The translations under genes and the position numbers were made by a program. Shown here one piece after another: positions 20,355 through 45,565 of a DNA stretch of 64,000 nucleotides; position 1 is the first letter of the stretch; every line of letters begins with the position of its first letter. This DNA comes from Amoebidium appalachense (Eukaryota > Protista > Ichthyosporea). The stretch spans positions 994,231-1,058,230 of the forward strand of contig CAVNZM010000009.1 in assembly GCA_963693365.1 (NCBI GenBank). The letters run 5' to 3'. The notes beneath the pieces are model-generated. The model saw only the letters and a program-made list of their open reading frames with translations. It did not search any database and was not told the DNA's origin.

Positions 20355-20833
20355 ACACACACGCACGCACGCACACACTCTCATCCTAATTAGGCAACTA
20401 ACCACCCCCACCCCCACCACAGCAAGTCTACGGTGTCAGCCTAGACCTCAACTTCTTCCTTTCGGCCTGCGGTGTCCCCATAAACCCCCCCTGCAGTGAA
20501 ACCCCCCAATGTGCCCTTGCCGACTATTTCATTATTCCAAACAAGAGCGGAAAACTTGCAAACACCGAATTTCTAGACTACCTCCTCACCCACCCCAACG
20601 TCACACGTGTGCAGGTGACGAAGAAAGTGGGTGACTTTATGCGGGGATATGACAATGGAATGCCTGAGTGGATTGGCAGCTTTACGGTTAAGGCGGATGA
20701 TCTGGAGTCCTGCATGAAGATCCAGGCTGAACTCATCCAATCACTGCCCGAGGTTCCTATTATGGTAGAAAAGGTGCCTGTTTTATTGGATGCTGGTCAT
20801 GTGAGCACCACGCAGGCAACTATGGCGGCTTGA
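18200..20833 (+). CDS. ATP-grasp amino-acid ligase, carnosine synthase-like; 3 exons (18200-18727, 19141-19695, 20423-20833), ~497 aa
   Basis: ARNKYLSRE, PLVLKPSSGAGSEGV, LAEQYMDGAEFDCD, GCFHVEAK and LIEVNPRVGGG motifs. Phase-0 GT..AG introns join the exons in frame. Confidence 0.88.
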
Positions 20834-21751
20834 TAACAGATTGGGAGGTGCTTGGTCCGAACACTTTTGACTGTCTTGTTGGGCGAATCAGTGCCGTTGT
20901 TCACGGTTTTTCTGAGAAATACTTTTCTTTTTGCAGAGCATTAAACTACGGTCATTCTATTGTGGAAAAGAAGTCGGATTAATTTAACTTAAAACTAATA
21001 TATTAGCAGTTTGCTTTTGGCGGAAAGCTAAAACGGATTGTTAATTCGGAATCACATGCCAAATATCTTTAATGATAGCTACACGGCCTAATGATAATTT
21101 ATAAATGTATGCAACACACATTGACGTCGACTGTGTGGGTAATTAGTGCAGCAGACAATAAATCTAACCCTGACGTGTAGTAGAACCCTATACGATGCTT
21201 GGGGATGTGTCCATCCCCCCCCCCCCCCCCCCCACCCACCCACCCACCCTATACACCCACTTCCCGGAGGCTCTTTCTCAAACACAAGCATGCGCACGCG
21301 CACCACCACCTCCCACTCCCAGGCCCTAATCTCCTTTCCCCCTTATATTATTGTGCCCAGATAACTGGAAATAACCGTGTCTTTTCTTGCTTTTTAATCG
21401 TTTCAAACTTAAACCTTTTCAGTTTTTTCTGGTTGCTGATGTGTGGTTGTTTGTTTTTGCGATCAGTTGCAATTGCAGCGTCATTGAACGTTCCATGGCC
21501 ATAGTGCTTTCCGGCACCTGAAAATGTACAGCAAATCCGGATCCACTTTCAATTTTTGTATTAAGGAGATTATAAATAGTGTATGGCGGCTTGCACGCTG
21601 GAATTGCAGGTCCCTGTGGATCCGGAAGTCGGCCCGGATACTATCACTATATGGGAAAATCAAACGATTTGATCATTGAAATACCGCAAAATGTGAAAAT
21701 AGATCTCAACAAACCAGCTACAAACCGGTATACATAGTTTCTGCTATGCAT

Positions 21752-21785
<34 letters not shown>

Positions 21786-22566
21786 ACCCACCCAACACAC
21801 ACACACATACACACACACCAACCCCCCCCCCCCCCCCCCCCCAAACACACACACACACACACACACATACACACACACACACACATACACACACACCCCC
21901 CCCCCCCCCCCACACACACACACGCGTACACACACACCAACCCACCCCCCCTCCCCCCAAACCCTACCAAACACGCTCACACACATGTACAAACACACAC
22001 AGGGGCACACACGTGCACACATAAAACACACACTGGCACCTGTCTAGCAACTCACCACCCAACCCACACAACATCTTTGGTGAAATACATAAATACAAAT
22101 GCAGAGCATCAGCTGATGAATATGAGGGCCAAAGGGTAAGCTACCCAACTTTCTTGTTCCTGCACTTTATTGTTCCTTTTCCAATATTTTATTATCCCAG
22201 CAGCTCACACTGTCAGCCACGAGAATAACACCACAACTGCTATATTTCTCTCTCTATATATATCTATATATAAATGTATATATTTATCATTCGCGCTGAT
22301 ATACCCACGAAGTTTACGTGTTATGTTCCATTCACAAATAGCTCGATACGGTGACAATCAGAGCACACCTCAAAGGATATGTAAACATTATGCGTTTCCT
22401 ATGGACAGATACGAGATTGGTGACCTTCATAGAATATCCAACGGTAATACGACACATAAAGGGCTCTGCTGTATGTGTGTGCGAGTGAGGGTGTGTGTGT
22501 GTGTGTGTGCATGCACGTGTGTGCAAGTGTGTGTGTATGCACGCGCATGTGTGTGTGTGTGTGTGA

Positions 22567-22630
<64 letters not shown>

Positions 22631-22891
22631 TGTGTGCTACAGGAGGGCACATACTCGTATGCCCTTATGCCCCTACCCGCACATGCGTTTCACATGGGGG
22701 GGTGGGGGGGAAACGGAACAGAATACAAAAGAAGGGGATTACTCATGTATCCAACCTCCCCACCCCCCACCCCCCTTCCCTCCCTCCTCCGTTTCCTTCC
22801 CGACCACTGCTTCTCATCTACTTCTGCCCAGTCATACAGAAGCCCCTATCTCTACATCACATTGCCTTTTAGGGCTATACATCCAGTACTC

Positions 22892-32613
<9,722 letters not shown>

Positions 32614-33323
32614 TTTGCCTACAAAAAAAAACACGTGTGTGTGTCAGTCACTCTGAGGATGGTGGCGTCATGTTTATATAATGCCATGTGCAATTTGTTT
32701 AAACCAATCAAATGCCTAGGATCTTCTCAATGCTTTTTCGGCGCTGTAGCTACCTGACTCTTACCAAATGAAAATTTGTAAAATGTAGAGCGTGTCAATG
32801 AAAATCAACGAAATACTACTTTATATGGTTACATTATTAGATCATTCCTACAAGCACTGCAACTGCAGGCCGCAGGCACGAGCATCTAACCCAGGGACAC
32901 AAAACCATATCATTGGATAGTGTGCTCCGATCCAATGGTAGCGAGCGCAGCGAGTTAAAAAAGGTTAATTTTAAATAAAAAAAATTTCCCACGGTCGCGA
33001 TCGCCGATTTTTGGCTTGGTATGCAATGTTGCGTTCCTTTCAATTTTGCCGCGGGCGCCCGAGTACTGTACTTGGCGCGAGACACGTGAAAATGGCCACG
33101 TCCTCCTCCTCCCCCTCCCTCCCCCTCCCCCCCCCCCCCCCCTTCTCCCCCGGCCCCTCGCCCCCCCTCCCCCCCGGCCCGCAGCGGGTCTATGTTACTA
33201 TGTGAACTGCACGTATAAGACGCACATGAGACGTGAATGATGTTACACATGATGCTGCGCATGCATCATGACATCAGCACATGTGACATCTGACATCTGC
33301 GCATCTCAGATCTGCACACATGC

Positions 33324-33390
<67 letters not shown>

Positions 33391-33435
33391 GAACACGTCG
33401 CACACACGTACACACGCACACACACACACACCCAC

Positions 33436-33480
<45 letters not shown>

Positions 33481-33695
33481 ACCACGGCACACACACACAC
33501 ACACACGGACACACACACACAACACACACTGCGACACACACCGGCACACATGTACACACACAGACTGCCGGCCACACTGTGACTGGCACCGTCACACACA
33601 CACACGCACACAAACACGTACTTCATAAGCATACGTGCAAGCACGCACGCACACGCACCACTCACGCACATGCACACCATTCACACACTGACACG

Positions 33696-33801
<106 letters not shown>

Positions 33802-34506
33802 CGGCACACATTAATCCACACACGTCACGTGCACACACACACACCGTGACCAGTCACACATATACACACACACACACTGCACACGGCGTAACAAATATAC
33901 CGTCCAGTGGCACATACAGGCATAGGCACTCACATACATGTCAGTGAACACACGCAAATCAAAAACACACATCAGTGCACGTGGCCGTACAATATGGCAC
34001 ATACGTGATGTCCGCGGGGTTGTTGAATTTGAAATAGGCCTCAGGCGGGACTAAGTCTAGTCAACAATCTTGAGCTTTCAACTGTTTGAACCCCGAAACC
34101 CCCCCCCCCCCCCCCCCTCCCCCCTCCCCCCTCCCTCCCCCCTCTCCCCCCTCCCCCCCCGGCCGCCTCCCCGGGACCCCATTTGAACCTCGAACCCCCC
34201 ACCCCTCTTTCCTCATGTAGATACTTACGTAGTAGGCCAAATTTTGAACCTGCAACCCCACTCCCACCCCCTCTTCCCCCCCCCACCCTCACCCCCCCCC
34301 CCCCCCCCCCCCCCCCACCCCCCCCCCCGCCTCCCCCCCCCCCCCCCCCCCCCCCCCCCCCTTCCAGGGACCTTCTTCGAAACTCCAACCCCCCGCCAAA
34401 AAAAACCCCTGATTATAGCTACCACCCTCCCCCTTTCAATTTCAAAACTCCCCAAGAGTATGAGAGCACACACATCCGGGCATCTTGTAACACCGTACCA
34501 TCCCCT

Positions 34507-34541
<35 letters not shown>

Positions 34542-34836
34542 CACACACACACACACACACACGTACACAAGGGAGTATTGAAATTGAATCAGAGGGGGAT
34601 AGTCAGGAACTTGGTCTAATTTTCAATCTTCCATCCCCCCTCACCTCTCCGTTCCTTCTTGTCTCCCCCTCCCCACCCCTCCCTCCCCCCTCCCTGCCCC
34701 CAAACCCCCCCCCCTTCCCCCCGAGGCCCAAACTCAATCATCCACCCCTCCCCCCTTCCCTCCTAGATTCTGACTACCCCCCCCCCCCCCCTGGTTTCAA
34801 ATTCAATACCACCCCCCACCCCCCCCCCCCACCCCC

Positions 34837-34890
<54 letters not shown>

Positions 34891-35179
34891 GAAAGGGTAC
34901 GTTTCCTGCGGGTTTCCCGGTAAATTAGTTTCGGTAATCACTGATGATTATTGAAGTTATTGGTGTACGGAAACTTTTGAACTTTTACAATTTTGGTCAC
35001 CTATTGGTAGTGGTTCAATGATTTACAAATAGGTAGGTATCCCTCCCCACTGAGTAGCTCAGTATTAAAGATAACAGGATGAGTAATACAACTGGGGAAA
35101 GAATCCGAAAGTCTTTCTATGCCATTTCCATATTGATAACTTACCAACTATCTTCTACCCCCCCCCCCCCCTCCCCCCC

Positions 35180-35221
<42 letters not shown>

Positions 35222-35299
35222 AAAAAAACACACACACACACACGGCCTCCCAGGCCCCACCTCGCCCTGCCTTCCCCCTTCCCCGTCTCCTCCCTCCCC

Positions 35300-35335
<36 letters not shown>

Positions 35336-35791
35336 CACACACACACACACGTACACACACACAACCTCACACACCCCGTGACCAGCCAGCCCCATCAGAC
35401 ACTCTTTTTCTACAGTCACGTCTGTGTGTGTGCCGCCTTACGTGAGAATTCAATCGTATATGGACAGGTATCTGAGTGCCCGGCCCACATGTGTGTGCAC
35501 GTGCGTCGTCTGCGTCTGTAGCGTTCCGTGTCACTAGTACTCAAATTTGTGACTACCCCCCCCCGCCCTGCGGCCGCTGGAGACCCCCCTCCCCCCCCCC
35601 CCCCCCCCCCCCCCACCCCTCTCCAACTACTACGGGTCCCGCTTCCGCCTTAGTGTCCGTCTCCCAAGACTCCCCCCTTCTCCCGAGTCCTTGAGCCCCT
35701 TCCCCCTCCCCCTCCCCCTTTTCCACGCCGACCAGTAGAGGGAGGTCAGCTTATGAAGTACAGCAGTGCCACACCCACGGGTTATTCCTTA

Positions 35792-35822
<31 letters not shown>

Positions 35823-36113
35823 CCGCCCCTTCCAAGGGGGGAAAGAATGTGTCAACATTAACTCGTGAACAGTGATGCTAGAAACTAAAAAGGCATAAAC
35901 AACCTACCCGCTAACTCCGATAATGTTCAGACACAAAGAATTCAAAATGATGCACTGTCAATCTAACTAGCGTGCGCATGCACACATGATGCTGTTGTGG
36001 TTGGTGTAGGGGCTGGCCCAGTTGCACGTGAAAGCCTAGTTTGACATGTAGTTAATGCACTACCTCCACACGTGCATGCTTATGTGCTCAAGCCGGAGTA
36101 ATTGCACACGTAC

Positions 36114-36149
<36 letters not shown>

Positions 36150-36406
36150 CCCCCCTTTTGTGACCCACGACACAAACCCAGGCTCGAAGCCCCCCTCCCC
36201 CCACTCCCCCCCCTCGGACTCCCCCCCTTTCCCCCCCCCACCCCATGTATGCTTGTGCAGTTTGTGTGTGTGCTTGTGTGTGTGCTTGTGTGTGTGTGTG
36301 TGTGCGCGCGCGCGCGTGTGTGTGTGTGCGTGTGTGTGTGTGTGTGTGTGTGCGTGTGTGCGTGTGTGTGCATGTGTGTGTGTGTGTACAGGTGTGTGTG
36401 TGCCAC

Positions 36407-36453
<47 letters not shown>

Positions 36454-36504
36454 ATGTGTGTGTGTGTGTACATGTGTGTGTGTGCCACGGTGTGTGTGTG
36501 CCAC

Positions 36505-36591
<87 letters not shown>

Positions 36592-38112
36592 ATTCATTTT
36601 TTTTTCTTTTCTTTTTTTATCCCGTTTAACCACCCCCGAGGTTACCCTCATGGGGGCTACCGTCTTCCACTCAGCACCGAGTGTACCCTAGTTAACTTGC
36701 CGTAGTGCCAACTAATCAAACTATTTATACAGACTCAGCCCGGGGAACTTGCCCCAGCCTTGCTAGTAGGGAGCACCGAGCTTTCCCTCCAATCAACTAG
36801 CACCATTAGATCATAACCCGTTGCAATCATTGGCCGAAATATAGAAGGGAGCTCAAGTTGTGTCTGTGTGTCCGATGTGTGTGTGTGTGCACGTGTGTGT
36901 GTGTGCATGTGTGTGTGTGTGCACGCGCGTGCACGTGTGTGTGCGTGTGTGTGCTAGGCGCATGTGTGTACACGTGCTTGTGTATGTGTGCCGGTATAAT
37001 TATGTGTGTGTGTGTGTGTGTGTGTTTGTGTGCCAGGCACGTGTGTGTGCGAGTGTGAGTGTGTGTGTGTGTGTTACGGTGTGGATGTCCTTGTGTGTAT
37101 AACAGGCGGCTAGTGTGCATACAGGAGTGTACGTACGTGTTACAGGTACTTTCTTGCATGCATGCCGGTGTGATATGTGTGTGTAGGCGTGCACTGTGAA
37201 CGTGCCTTATAATATGACATGCTTCTGGGCTTTGTCTGCGTATTTGATTTATGTGTAGGGCGCACACACGCTGGGAAAGGGAGGGGACCGGATGGAGGGA
37301 GGGGGGGGGGGGGGGGGGGGGGAGGGGGGGGGGGGGGATGGGAGAGATAGGATTTCTGCCTTTTGGCCACAAAGCTAGAGCATTGTCATCTGTTCCATTC
37401 ACAATACCGGGCAGCCATTGCGTTGTGTTGAAAAACACACACACACAGCAATATGAAGCACATCTTCGGGTTGTAATGACACTCAAAAAGGCAGAAAGAA
37501 ACGAGAAGGGGATGTGTCTGTGAGTGTGTCCGCAGAGGGTGTGTGATTGATTGAGTCTGTGTGGGTGTGTGAGCGTGAGCGTGTATGCATATGGGTGTGT
37601 TCAGGAATATCGAGGGAGGAAAGGGGAGGACAGCCGGAGGTGAGGTGAAGGGGGGGGAAGGGGGGGGGGGGGGGGGGGGGGGAGAGGGGGGGGAGTGTTT
37701 CCAAAAAACAATCTGAGCAATTAGAAGGAAATGTCGACATAGACAAGGAGAGGGGAGCAGACGAGAGCAAGGAGGAAAAGGTTTACCTGAAATTACCTGA
37801 AAGTGAGTTAGTTGAACGGGGAAAAGGGTGTGTGGTGAGTGCGCGTGGGAGGGGGGAGGCGGGGATGGGGTGGGAAGGTCAGGCATAAATAAGGCAAGGA
37901 GGGCGAGGAGAGGAGTGGGCGAGACGGGGGTGGTGGTGGTGGGGTTGATTGGTACACAGTACGAAGCACAAACTCGCAACAGATAACATCATAGCGGGGG
38001 GGGGGGGGGGGGGGGGGGGAGGAGTAGGATAGTTGGTGTGTGTGTTTTAGTGGTGGGCATGGTCGTCATGTGTGTGTTTAACTGGGTGGGGCATGCAGTT
38101 GGCCCGTGAAAA

Positions 38113-38169
<57 letters not shown>

Positions 38170-38206
38170 TGGTGGTAGTGGTGGTGGTGGTGGTGGTGGT
38201 GGTGGT

Positions 38207-38243
<37 letters not shown>

Positions 38244-38848
38244 GGCAAAACGTGTAGAGAGGATAGATTTGTGCACAGGCAACAGGGATTGAGAGGGCAG
38301 AAGGAGAAAGAAAGGATCGTGATATGGTGAAATAGACAGGAGGCATAAAGATAGAATGGAACGGCATGGGTACGGTGTGTACATGTATTGACGTGTGTGT
38401 GTGTGTGCGTGTGTGTGCGTGTGGGTGCGCACGCGCATGTGTGCGCGTCAGATTGTTTTTCAACTTTTTAACATTTGTTTTTAAGCATGAAAAGGAATAA
38501 GCATCCACAACTCGGCTTGAAGCAGCTACCATTGCACCCCAGCGGAGAAGGGTGGGGAGGTGAAGGGTGGTGTGTGTGTGTATGTGAGTGAGTGAGTGAG
38601 TGAGTGAGTGATTGAGTGTGAGTGTGTAAGTGAGTGATTTTGTGTACGTGTGTGTGTGTGTGAGTGAGTGAGTGTGAGTGTGTGTGTGAGTGTGTGTGTG
38701 TGTTAGTGTGTTTATGTGTGTGCAAATGCGTACACGTGTATTGCGAACATGTTTGTGTGTAGGGACACACGGGAAGGGAATGGGTTTTGGGCGTGCGACA
38801 CAGTATGAAGCACAAAATCACGAGGGAAAACATAATGCAGATATGGAA

Positions 38849-38883
<35 letters not shown>

Positions 38884-39011
38884 GAACGCCAATCCTAGCC
38901 CAAGAGGCGGGGAGAGGGGGGGAGGGGGGGGGGGGGGGGGAAGAGTCATCCATAATACTAGCGGTTCGACTCGTTCACCCCGCACACGCTGAGAGAGGGG
39001 GGGGGGGGGGG

Positions 39012-39167
39012 TTTGAATGCGTCATAAAGTACGAAGTACACAAGAACAAACGGATAACACGATGCAGAATGCAAGCCATACATAAAGAGTATGCATAATA
39101 AGCAGAGCCCATCCTCAGGGGGGGCCCACGTCATCCACAGTACCCGAGTTTCGACCTATTCACCTCG
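39012..39167 (-). repeat. Dispersed structured repeat family, copy B
   Basis: Near-identical reverse complement of ~60820-60974. Confidence 0.85.
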
Positions 39168-39585
39168 GAGGTATGAATTAGAGAGTGGCAAACATGGAGG
39201 CAAGGACATTAAAAAAAACCACTAAAACAAGACAAAAAACAGAAACCACTTGTGCAGGCAGAAGACACTTGAAGAGAGCCCATCATCCAGGAGGTTCCCA
39301 TGCCTCCACAAAAGCATGGGCTTCGACACTTCAATATCTAGTGCCTGGTTCCCAACCCATCTTTTGCTTCGACGGCAATAGGCGAGTCACCTCGTCATGG
39401 CCAAAGAGTGGGGAGAGAGGTGGAACGTAACAATATCACATGAATTGAATTTCAAAACGGGGCAAAAAACCCACACCACAACGACGACAACACAACTATA
39501 TGTACAAAGACCTAGGGGAGGTGAGGTGTTGTGTGTGTTGTGTATGTGCGTATGTATGTGTGTGTATGTGTATGTGTTTGTGCGT

Positions 39586-39697
<112 letters not shown>

Positions 39698-40249
39698 GGG
39701 GGAGGTGTATAATGTATGCAGAGAGTGGTAAACATGAAGGCAAAGGCATCAAACAACCCAAAAAAACAAACGAAGAAACAAAAAAAAGAAACCAAGAAAA
39801 CTGGGCACATGGCAACGAAGAAACCGAATAAACATGAGTTGCAACAACGGCAGAGGGGTGAGGGGTGAGTGCCTAACCCGATATTCAGTCTAAGAAAAGA
39901 ACCAAGGAGATAGCAGACAACAAGAGAAAGACTCCGCAATATGGAAAGGTGGGTGTATGGGTTAACGGAGGCCTCGGGCAGGGGGAGGGGGGGGGATTAG
40001 AATGCGGTAAACATAACGAAGTACAAGTACATCACGAGACGCATACTGGTATGCGGAAACAAACATTCGAGTATGCGACATAAAGCAGGGCGCACAGTAG
40101 GGGGGGGAGGGGGGGGGGGAAGACACAAAATATTCGAGCAGAGAAGAGCACAGCAAAGAGATACATAGTGGCAGAGCAGGGAATAGGCTGCACAAACGGA
40201 TGGCCGCATATCACACGTTGTTTTTTTTGGATAACATGGTGGTGGTGGT

Positions 40250-40280
<31 letters not shown>

Positions 40281-40357
40281 GGTAGAGATGAACATTCTGC
40301 CTGATGCTGTACAAAAGCTGACTGACATGTCTGTAGGGGGGGGGGGGGGGGGGGGGG

Positions 40358-40604
40358 TTGAATGCGGAACACGGTACGAAGTACGCACACACGACGAGAA
40401 GCATGGTGCAGGACACATGCAAAGGCAAACATTCAAGTATGCAACATCATCCATGTGCACAGTATGCGTCATAAGCAGAGCCCATCCTCAGGGAGGACCC
40501 AAGTCATCAATTGCGTCTGAGTTTCGACCCCTTAGCCCGCGTATATACGACGCTCCAACTCAGACAGCAGCATCAACTGAACTTGGGCGGGTCAACCCGT
40601 CTTG
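40358..40604 (-). repeat. Dispersed structured repeat family, diverged copy C
   Basis: Shares TTGAATGCG, TACGAAGTAC, ATAAGCAGAGCCCATCCTCAGGG, GAGTTTCGACC and GGTCA(A)CCCGTCTTG with the other copies. Confidence 0.75.
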
Positions 40605-41103
40605 ATCAAAGACGAGCAGGGTTGCTTATGCAAGCAAGGTGAGCAAAACGGTGAAGATGTGTGTGCAAACTAATGCAGTGCATTGAAAAATGCGTATGTG
40701 CTTACAGATGCACGACACAGAGCAACTGGGGGGGAGGGGGAGAAAGGAGCCGGGCCCTCTAAACATCAGGCCCCATGCAGGCTCAGACCAATGTGCAATG
40801 AAAGGCAAAAAAAACGCTTGAGGGGGCGGATGAGGGAAGCCACACAAGCACAGAGCAACAAAAACACACAGCAACACAAGCACATAGCAACACAAACACA
40901 GAACCACACAAGCACAGAGCAACATAAACACAGAACCACATGAGCACAGAGCAACATGAACACAGAACCACATGAGCACGGAGCCAAACACTTGCCTACA
41001 CAGAAAAATAAATACAAACCCCAAGCCATGCCAACGGGCAAATTAGTGCACGCCAGGAACGTGTCTTCCGTGCGGGCACCAAGCAAGTTGTGTGTGCATC
41101 TGT

Positions 41104-41160
<57 letters not shown>

Positions 41161-42057
41161 GGGTGGGTGGGTGTGTAGGGGAGCCCGGGGGAGGGGGGGG
41201 GGGGGGGGGGGGGGACCGTGGGGCACTGCAACAAGAAGACCTAGAGCCTAGAGCAGAGAAATGGTGTATACAAAACAAATTCAGCTAGACACAGATTTAC
41301 ATGTGACGTAGTAGGGAAAAAGTCCAAACACCATGCACTTCTAAGTTGCAGGCATATATCGAGGAGAGTGTGTTTGGAAGAGGGAATGGCTTGTGGGTAG
41401 GTGAGTGGCAAGAATAAGGGGAATGGGGGGGAGGAGGGGGGTAGTGCCCTCGGGGGAGTGGAGGTGGGGGGGGGGGGGGGGTTTGAATGCGTCATAAAGT
41501 ACGAAGTACACAAGAACAACGGATAACACTGGGGGGGGGGGGGGAAGGGGGGGGACAAACTCACACGTCATAAGCGTGGATATCTAGGTGCAGGCACACC
41601 ATTAAATTCTCCCCTGGGAGGAGAAGGGGCGGGGAGGCAGGGAGCAACCAGGGGAGGGGGGGGGGGGGGGGTTGCCCAGAGCAACACGAAGGCATATGAG
41701 AGGACGGTGCAGTGCGTAGACACAGAGGCTGATGTAAGAAAATAGAAGAGAGATATTTGCACACATAGCACAGGGATAGATACAGTCACAAGGGCATTAA
41801 TGTTAGAATAGAAGATAAAACACAGTACAGGCACTAAACACCAGGGGGGAGGGGGGAGGGGGGGGGGGGGGGGAGGGGAGGGGGTGGGGGTATGAGGTGA
41901 GTGTGTAGACGATGAGGCAAAGAACAACGACAGGGTGGGGTTAGGGGCTGGGGATTGGTGGTTGGTGGTTGGGGGGGGGGGAGGGGGGAGGGGGGGGGGG
42001 GTGGTATCAGCAGGTGTGTGGATGGAAATAGTGGTCGTGGTGGTGGTGATGGTGGTC

Positions 42058-42088
<31 letters not shown>

Positions 42089-42824
42089 GGGGGGGGGTGG
42101 AGAAGAAGGAGCCAGGCCCATAGTAAGGCAGTGCTGGAGCAGAGAGTTTAATTACAAGCACGGAGATAAGCAGGCATACTCAAGAGTTTAAGTTAGTTAA
42201 GCGTGGGAGTGGGCGTGTGAAGTAAGTGACAGTGACTGTGTGGCTGGGTGTCGGGGTGTGTGCCCGGTTGTGTTGAGTGTGCGTATGTGCATGCACGAGA
42301 GCATGTGTGGCTGTTTACACATGTGGTTGCTTCAGATGGTGAAAGAAGCCCTCGAGGCGGGCAGATGTACAGCGCTAAGACAACATTGGCGATGAATAAG
42401 CACACGCGTAGGCCCATGGTCGTGGTGGCATGTACACACGAACACACCTGCCCGCACCCGCGCTCACGTACCCGCACCCGCACACACAGAGGCACAGGCA
42501 CACGCCACAAGCACACACACGCACGCGGGCGCAGGCCTACGTGTACACAGGCACGAAGGGACACGTCCAGGCAGACACACACACAGACATGCGATCACCA
42601 CCCACCCACAAACACAGGGAGAGAGAGAAAAAGGCGGGGAGAGGGGGAGGGAGAGGGGGCCGAGAGAGTAAGAAAGGGGAAAGAGAAAGAGAAGGGTGGG
42701 AGGGGGGGGGGGGGGGGAGACAGAGACAGAGACGCACAGCGAGAGAAGGCAAGAGAGAGAGACAGGGACAGGGAGAGGGACAGGGAGAGGGACAGGGAGA
42801 GGGAGAGGGAGAGGGGGAGAGAGG

Positions 42825-42884
<60 letters not shown>

Positions 42885-44569
42885 GAGCGAGAGAGAAGAG
42901 AGAGAAAGACGGAGAGTGTGAGAGAGGGGGAGGGGGGGAGAGGGAGGGAGGGGAGAAGGGAGGGAGGGAGAAAGGGAGGGGCGGAGGGAGGGAGGTAGGG
43001 AGGGATGGAGAGAGAGAGGAAGGGGGGGGGGGGTGGAGGGGGGGGAGAGGGAGGGAGGGAAGAAGGAAGGGAGGGAGGGAGGGAGCTAAAGAGAGAAGGG
43101 CACGTGGATGAAAGACACAGGAGATGACACAAACGGGCACTGTGGACCACAAAAAAGCCGGTATCCAATAGATGGCAAATAAATTGCAAACGGACGAGGC
43201 AGTGAGGAGCAAGGGGAAAGAGCCGTGCTAAGCAACAGAACGGAATTATGAAGATCACTTTCCTGCAAACGGGTGCCGTACTCCAGCAGAAGCAACCTGC
43301 ACATGCCTACAGTTCACCAAAAACAGCGCATACTGGAATAGAAGAAAAAACCAGCACCTATCCTGCATACAGCCTTTTATTTTGCCTCTATGCTAGTGGC
43401 AATAGAACCAAAAAACCCTCTTCCTAACTCCAACGGTGGTTAACTAAAGACAAAACACGCGACACTGAGTGACTGAGACCGACATTGAGCATGCTAGCCG
43501 TCCAGAACTGAAGTATACATATGGTATGCGATTACGAATTCACTGTCCAATAGAACGCTCAATTTGGATGAATGGTATGTGAATGGTATGTATGGTTTTG
43601 TGTCACTGAGTAGCAGCACGGCCCTCTCTTTTTTTCAGAGGGTCGTGGTAGCAGCCTCTCGGCACGAGCACCAGTCAGTCAACGTTAGGCTGTGTTGAGT
43701 GGGAAGTTCGAACTTGGCCAAGGAGTTTGAGTACAGCTCACATTACTGGTGGTCAGTAGTGGGCATGTAAGTGCATGCTCTTAAATATTTCTCACAGGGA
43801 ATCCCATGCAAACTACGGTGCTCTCTGAGCTTTTACCAGCGATCACTGCTACAGTACACTATTTATAGGCACCCTATTCCTTTTCTCCGACATCGTTACA
43901 ATACACCTTTAGAGATGCGTTTTTTCACCTCGTTCCCTCTTTGGCTGGATTGAAAGGCTTCACTTGCGTCTCTCGCGCTCTTTTTTCTCCCCTCTCCCAA
44001 CCTTACTCCTCCCTTCCTCCCCCCCCCCCCCCCCCCCTCCCCCCCTGGCCCGCCCCCTCTTTCTCTCTCTCCGTCCGTTCTTCTTCCTCTCTCCCTGACA
44101 CACACACACTCACACACACCGTGCACACACACACACTCTCTCTCTTTCTCTCTCTCCCCCCTCCCCACCCACCCTCTCTTTGTATTCCCCCCCCCCCCCC
44201 CCTCCCCCCCCTTCCTCTCTCTCTCTTCCCCCACTCTCTCTCTCTCTCTCTCTCCCCCCCCCCCCCCTCTCTCTCTCCCCCCCCCCCCCCCCCCAGCTCT
44301 CTCTCCTTATCTCTCAGTCCTTCTCTCTCTCGCTCGCTCTCTCTTTTCTCTCTTTATCTCTCTCTCTCTTTCTCACACTCTCCCCCCCTTCTCTCTTTCT
44401 ATTCTCCCCCCCCCCCTCCCCCCGCCCCCTCTCCCTCTCTTCCCCCGCTCTCTCTAGTTCCCCCCGCCCCCCCTCTAGCTCTCTCCTTCTATCTCTCTCT
44501 CCTTCTTTCTCTCTCTCGCTCCCTCTCTCTCTCTCTTTATCTCTCTCTCTCTTCCCCCCCCCCCCCCCC

Positions 44570-44622
<53 letters not shown>

Positions 44623-44800
44623 TAATTCAATTAGATCTCTAAAACTCTGGATATCTAGAACTCTCTCTTCAGTCTTGAAGCTCGTTTTCTCTCTCTTCCC
44701 CTCCTTCCCTCTCTCTCTTCTAGGTCTCTCGCAAACTCCCCCCTCCCATTCTCTCCAAGAGTTCCTTCTGTCTTCCTCGCTCCCCTCTCCCCCCCCCCGC

Positions 44801-44849
<49 letters not shown>

Positions 44850-45124
44850 GTCCCTGCCTCTTTCGCTTTCTCTTGGAACTCCAAGCTGTCCCGTCCCCCC
44901 CTATGTCTCATTCCCCCGTTCCAATTCTCCTCCCTCCCTCCCTACTTTTCACCATGCCCTCCGCCTCCCCCTCTCCCCCTCACTCACAGCGCTCCCCTCT
45001 CTCCCTCCATGCCCTTGCGTCCCTCTCCCTCCCTTCCAAGCCCCCATCACGTGATTCTCTAGATCTCTACGTCGAGGCCACGGTTTGTCAGTGGTGGAAC
45101 GACCGTGTACGGCGTGTGTGTACG

Positions 45125-45253
<129 letters not shown>

Positions 45254-45565
45254 TGTATGTAGGGTATAACTATGTAACTGTGAGGTGTTGCACATGTAGG
45301 AGTGAGCATATGTGATGTACGTGTGCCTGTGCCTTTGTATCTGTGGGTATCACCACTCCACCTCAATACGTTCACTGTACTGTGTGCACATCAGGCCGGG
45401 ACATAACCGTTGAGGGGTGCATCACTTCAGCATATCGTGAGGCACTCTTATTATAATTCTTTAAATGGCATAATGGCCCAGCCGTGTACATACTTAAAAT
45501 AGTATTAATATTTTCACAGTTTAATATTATAACTTAACCTGACCACATTCATTATATGTTCTTAG

